Assembly (NCBI GenBank): GCA_035649395.1
Contig: DASRJR010000174.1
Span: forward strand, 9,353-73,352
Reading direction: 5' to 3'
Origin: Vicinamibacterales bacterium
GTDB taxonomy: Bacteria > Acidobacteriota > Vicinamibacteria > Vicinamibacterales > UBA2999
DNA length: 64,000 nt
Made by a program: the position numbers and the translations under genes. Shown here one piece after another: positions 62,876-64,000 of this stretch; the stretch's first letter is position 1, and each line of letters starts with the position of its first letter. The notes under the pieces are model-generated. The model was given only the letters and a program-made list of their open reading frames with translations. It was not told the DNA's origin and made no database searches.

Positions 62876-64000
62876 TGCAGCGGGCGTGGCATGCGGTCGT
62901 GCTGTATGCCGCGGTGGCGATCGTCGCCACCTGGCCGGTCGCGCGCGGACTCGATCGGAATGTCGCGGGCGATCTCGGCGACCCCGTGCTCACCATGTGG
63001 GTGCTCGGCTGGAACAGCGATCAGCTGCTGGCGATCCTGCGCGGCGACTTCGGACGCCTCGCCACCTACTTCGACGCGAACATCTTTCATCCCGCGCCGC
63101 TGACGCTGGCGTATTCCGAGCTTTTCATTCCGCAAGCCGTCCAGGCCCTGCCGCTCTTCGCGCTGACCGGCAATCCAATCCTTTGCTACAACCTGCTCTT
63201 CCTCTCGACGTTCGTCCTGTCGGGGCTTGGCGGCTTTCTCCTCGTGCGTGAGCTGACCGGCGACGCACGCGCCGGTTTCGTCGGCGGACTGTTGTTCGCC
63301 TTCGCGCCGTACCGCTTTCCGCAGACGCCGCATCTGCAGGTGCTGTCGTCGCAGTGGATGCCGTTCGCGTTGTACGGGCTGCGCCGCTACTTCACGTCAA
63401 TCGATGAAACCGCATCAGCGGGACGCTGGCGGCCGCTGCTCGGCGCCTGTGCGGCGCTGGTCGTACAGAACCTCTCGTGCGGCTACTACCTGATGTTCTT
63501 CGAGCCGTTCGTCGCCGCGTACGTGCTGTGGGAAATCTGGCAACGCCGCGCGTGGCGGAATCGCGCGATCTGGCTCCGGCTCTCGGCTGCGGCAGCTCTC
63601 GTCGTGATCCTGACACTGCCGCTGCTGATCCCCTATCTGCTCGCGCACGAGTCGCTCGGACTCGAGCGGGGCAGTGCCGAATTGGTCCGCTATTCGGCCG
63701 ATGTGTACTCCTACGCCACGGCCTCGCCGCAACAGGCGATCTGGGGCGAGACAGCCCGAGCGTTTCCACAAGCGGAAGGCGACCTCTTTCCGGGTCTCGT
63801 CCCGCTGCTGCTCGCTCTGACCGGGGTGGTGTTCTGGCGTTCCGATGTCGCGGCTGGCCGAACGCCATTGAGGTTTCGCGCGATCCATTGGCTGCTGCTG
63901 GCTGTGACGCTGGTTCATGCGATCGCCGCGGTCATCACCACGTTCAACCGGCGCCTGACGATCGATCTCGGCATCGCGACGCTGCGCATGAGCAACGTCG
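62875..64000 (+). CDS. large polytopic membrane protein, 5' part (runs off the window); GT-C/ArnT-like glycosyltransferase is a guess
   Basis: Not in the ORF track because no stop is reached. Hand translation from ATG 62875 (overlapping the upstream TGA as TGATG) is open to nt 64000: MQRAWHAVVLYAAVAIVATWPVARGLDRNVAGDLGDPVLTMWVLGWN...FAFAPYRFPQTPHLQVLSSQWMPFALYGL... It contains many hydrophobic helices. Confidence 0.55.
   Translation, partial: MQRAWHAVVLYAAVAIVATWPVARGLDRNVAGDLGDPVLTMWVLGWNSDQLLAILRGDFGRLATYFDANIFHPAPLTLAYSELFIPQAVQALPLFALTGNPILCYNLLFLSTFVLSGLGGFLLVRELTGDARAGFVGGLLFAFAPYRFPQTPHLQVLSSQWMPFALYGLRRYFTSIDETASAGRWRPLLGACAALVVQNLSCGYYLMFFEPFVAAYVLWEIWQRRAWRNRAIWLRLSAAAALVVILTLPLLIPYLLAHESLGLERGSAELVRYSADVYSYATASPQQAIWGETARAFPQAEGDLFPGLVPLLLALTGVVFWRSDVAAGRTPLRFRAIHWLLLAVTLVHAIAAVITTFNRRLTIDLGIATLRMSNV

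Noticed and set aside
62886-63251. 121-aa plus ORF and 62842-63333(-) / 63392-63918(-) ORFs from the track
   Set aside because: These are wrong-frame or antisense to the long open membrane-protein frame starting at 62875. Their products are Arg-rich with no hydrophobic pattern.

Overview
A visibly GC-rich bacterial chromosomal segment (GC not computed) with dense coding on both strands. The likely source is Acidobacteriota. Supporting this are two VWA proteins of the 'VWFA-related acidobacterial domain' type, a CarboxypepD_reg-type outer-membrane barrel, and an orphan MacB/LolD-type ABC ATPase. Most genes are housekeeping: glgC-eno-gpmA, an acyl-CoA mutase large subunit, acs, inositol-3-phosphate synthase, polA, pcnB, serC, rmuC, glnS, malQ, two aminotransferases, an M49 peptidase and a beta-CASP MBL hydrolase. 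Envelope and signalling genes are interspersed among them. No rRNA, tRNA, CRISPR array or transposase was recognised. The region most worth a second look is a translationally coupled three-gene module at 37771-40811 (minus strand). It encodes an ECF sigma factor, then a 150-aa chimera whose N-terminus copies the N-terminus of the downstream kinase and whose C-terminus copies sigma region 4 of the upstream sigma, then a polytopic membrane Ser/Thr kinase. No anti-sigma factor is present. Other notable items: a sensor kinase with a periplasmic PDZ domain, co-oriented with an outer-membrane barrel gene and an NtrC-type sigma54 activator; an archaic (Csu/Mcu-type, spore-coat-protein-U) chaperone-usher pilus operon with a convergent mini-SCPU ORF; a degenerate GTTCA-heptamer tandem array in a divergent promoter; a kinase-like protein lacking catalytic residues upstream of DUF1015 and serC; and candidate sigma54 promoters. 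Many long ORFs in the supplied track are antisense shadows typical of GC-rich DNA and were not called.
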